NCBI RefSeq assembly: GCF_035084215.1
Contig: NC_090365.1
Span: forward strand, 6,202,001-6,266,000
From: Heptranchias perlo
Taxonomy: Eukaryota
DNA length: 64,000 nucleotides
Direction of reading: 5' to 3'
Part shown: positions 62,476 to 64,000 of the stretch, piece after piece
How positions within the stretch are numbered: the first letter of the stretch is position 1
Layout of the letters: the number at the start of each line of letters is the position of its first letter
Made by a program: the position numbers and the translations under genes
Notes under the pieces: generated by a model
Database searches by the model: none
What the model was told of the DNA's origin: nothing
What the model saw: the letters and a program-made list of their open reading frames with translations, nothing else

Positions 62476-63124
62476 GTAAGTGATTTGTATTTTCTAAATC
62501 GTTTCGATATCTCACCATTTTCTCACATATTTCGATATCAAGAGCAAGTGTGCCAGATATCACACCTGCCTCCTCACACTACTTCTGACACGACCCTTCA
62601 GAGGCTCGCTCTGGTTTCTTTTTGGACGACAACTAACTTCAGGCCGCTACTGCTTAATGTGATTCTTTTCACCCCTGCGCACTCTTGTGATGTGCAGAGG
62701 AGAGAAGGGGGAGAGGATCGTCCTTCCGGCAGGGATTGTGAGGGTAATTGGGAAAGCAACCTTGTGAATCCGTCGTCGTTCTCAAGATTTCTGCTTAGTC
62801 ACTGCTGGCTGGGACAGTTGCAGAAAATGCAATAAGTGCAAATCAGACCCCCCTCGAGTCTTGTTCAATCCTAAACAAGATGCAGCTCCGTATTTTTAAA
62901 TGGGTTTGTGATCTGCCCCACTGTTACTGATGATAAATTTCCCGCCCAATATTTCCCCGCTGCTCGAAGCTCTGGGTGTACTGACAGTAACTGGTTCTGT
63001 GTGGCTTGAGGGCAGTAAGTTCCTGATCAAGGGCTAGTATTGGTGAGCCCGTTCTAGTTGCTTCTCCGGCCCAATCCCAACAGCGGGGAACGGGTCGTTT
63101 GGCGGGTCCCACTCACCCTGCTGT

Positions 63125-63326
63125 TAGGACAGTTTGCAATAGGATTGCACAGTTTGCACTAGGAACATAGGAACAGGAGTAGGCCATTCAGCCCCTCGTG
63201 CCTGCTCCTCCATTTGATAAGATCATGGCTGATCTGTGATCTAACTCCATATACCCGCCTTTGGCCCATATCACTAGGATTTGCACAGTTTGCACTAGGA
63301 TTGCACAGTTTGCACTAGGATTGCAC
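63125..63326. repeat. 20-bp tandem repeat interrupted by a CR1 3' tail (minus strand)
   Basis: Unit CTAGGATTGCACAGTTTGCA; the CR1 tail at 63165-63271 is flanked by CACTAGGA. Confidence 0.75.
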
Positions 63327-63422
63327 CATCAGCTGCACATTGTTCACACCCGTGCAGAAAGACACAACGGATGCTGGGATAATAAATTTCAGGGAAGAGA
63401 TGGGAGCAGGCTGCACAGTCCC

Positions 63423-63685
63423 CAACAACAACTTGCATTTATATAGCGCCTTTAACGTAGTAAAATGTCCCAAGGCCCTTCACAGGAGCGTAAATCAGAC
63501 AAAAAAAATTGACACCGAGACAAAGAAGGAGATATTAGGACAGGCGACCAAAAGCTTGGTCGAAGAGGTAGGTTTTAAGGAGCGTCTTAAAGGAGGAGAG
63601 AGAGGCGGAGAGGTTTAGGGAGGGAATTCCAGAGCTCAGGGCCTAGGCAGCTGAAGGCACGGCCGCCAATGGTGGAGCGAAGGAA
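63423..63685 (-). mobile_element. L2-type 3' end, same family as 53826-54442
   Basis: caacaacaacttgcatttatatagcgcc...aaagcttggtcgaagaggtaggttttaaggagcgtc. Confidence 0.8.
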
Positions 63686-64000
63686 CACGTTATAGCCGGA
63701 GAGTTTCACATGATGCATGGAGAACCAAAATAGAGAGGGAAACATAAATTCACCCCTCTCATGACTTTTCTCTTGTCCTCACCTCACTTCATCCTTGGGT
63801 AAGAAAGAAAGAGTTTGTATTTATATAATACTTTTCACATCCTCAGGACATCCCAAAGTGAATTACTTTTGAAGTGCAGTAACTGTTATTATGTAGGCAA
63901 ATACAACAACCAATTTGTACACAGCAAGATCCCTCAAACAGCAACACGATGAATGGCCAGTTAATTTGCTTTTGGTTTAGGGAGGAATGTTGTCCCGGGC

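Noticed and set aside
62473..62835. 120-aa single-exon ORF MVSDLYF...
   Set aside because: No recognisable homology; better explained as ATG followed by intron read-through past the GTAAGT donor.

Overview
Eukaryotic vertebrate genomic DNA, most likely from a cartilaginous fish (inferred from the repeat repertoire: DeuSINE/SacSINE-like, LF-SINE-like, CR1, L2, Penelope-like and Tx1 elements). The minus strand carries the 5' half of a Smaug-family gene, best called SAMD4B. It has five coding exons with canonical GT-AG borders and consistent phases (39958-40153, 21391-21906, 9936-10202, 3280-3389, 1543-1629; 1176 nt, 392 codons, through the SAM domain). A probable non-coding first exon and promoter lie at about 50740-51270, and the gene's 3' exons lie beyond position 1. 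Upstream is a TE/satellite cluster (51.3-60.5 kb): a 5'-truncated Tx1-clade LINE inserted into an (AAC)n tail with a 14-bp TSD, an inverted L2-tail pair, young CR1 copies, a 40-bp minisatellite derived from a CR1 RT motif, and a 67-bp satellite. Near 62475 a plus-strand ATG|GTAAGT is probably the ATG-only first exon of the divergent neighbour GMFG. There are no prokaryotic systems or CRISPR arrays, and most short ORFs in the track are spurious. I cannot confirm a new biological system. The best leads are the microsatellite-targeted Tx1, the Penelope hammerhead-like motifs, the minimal uORFs in the SAMD4B leader, and a possible in-frame cassette exon splitting the SAM domain.
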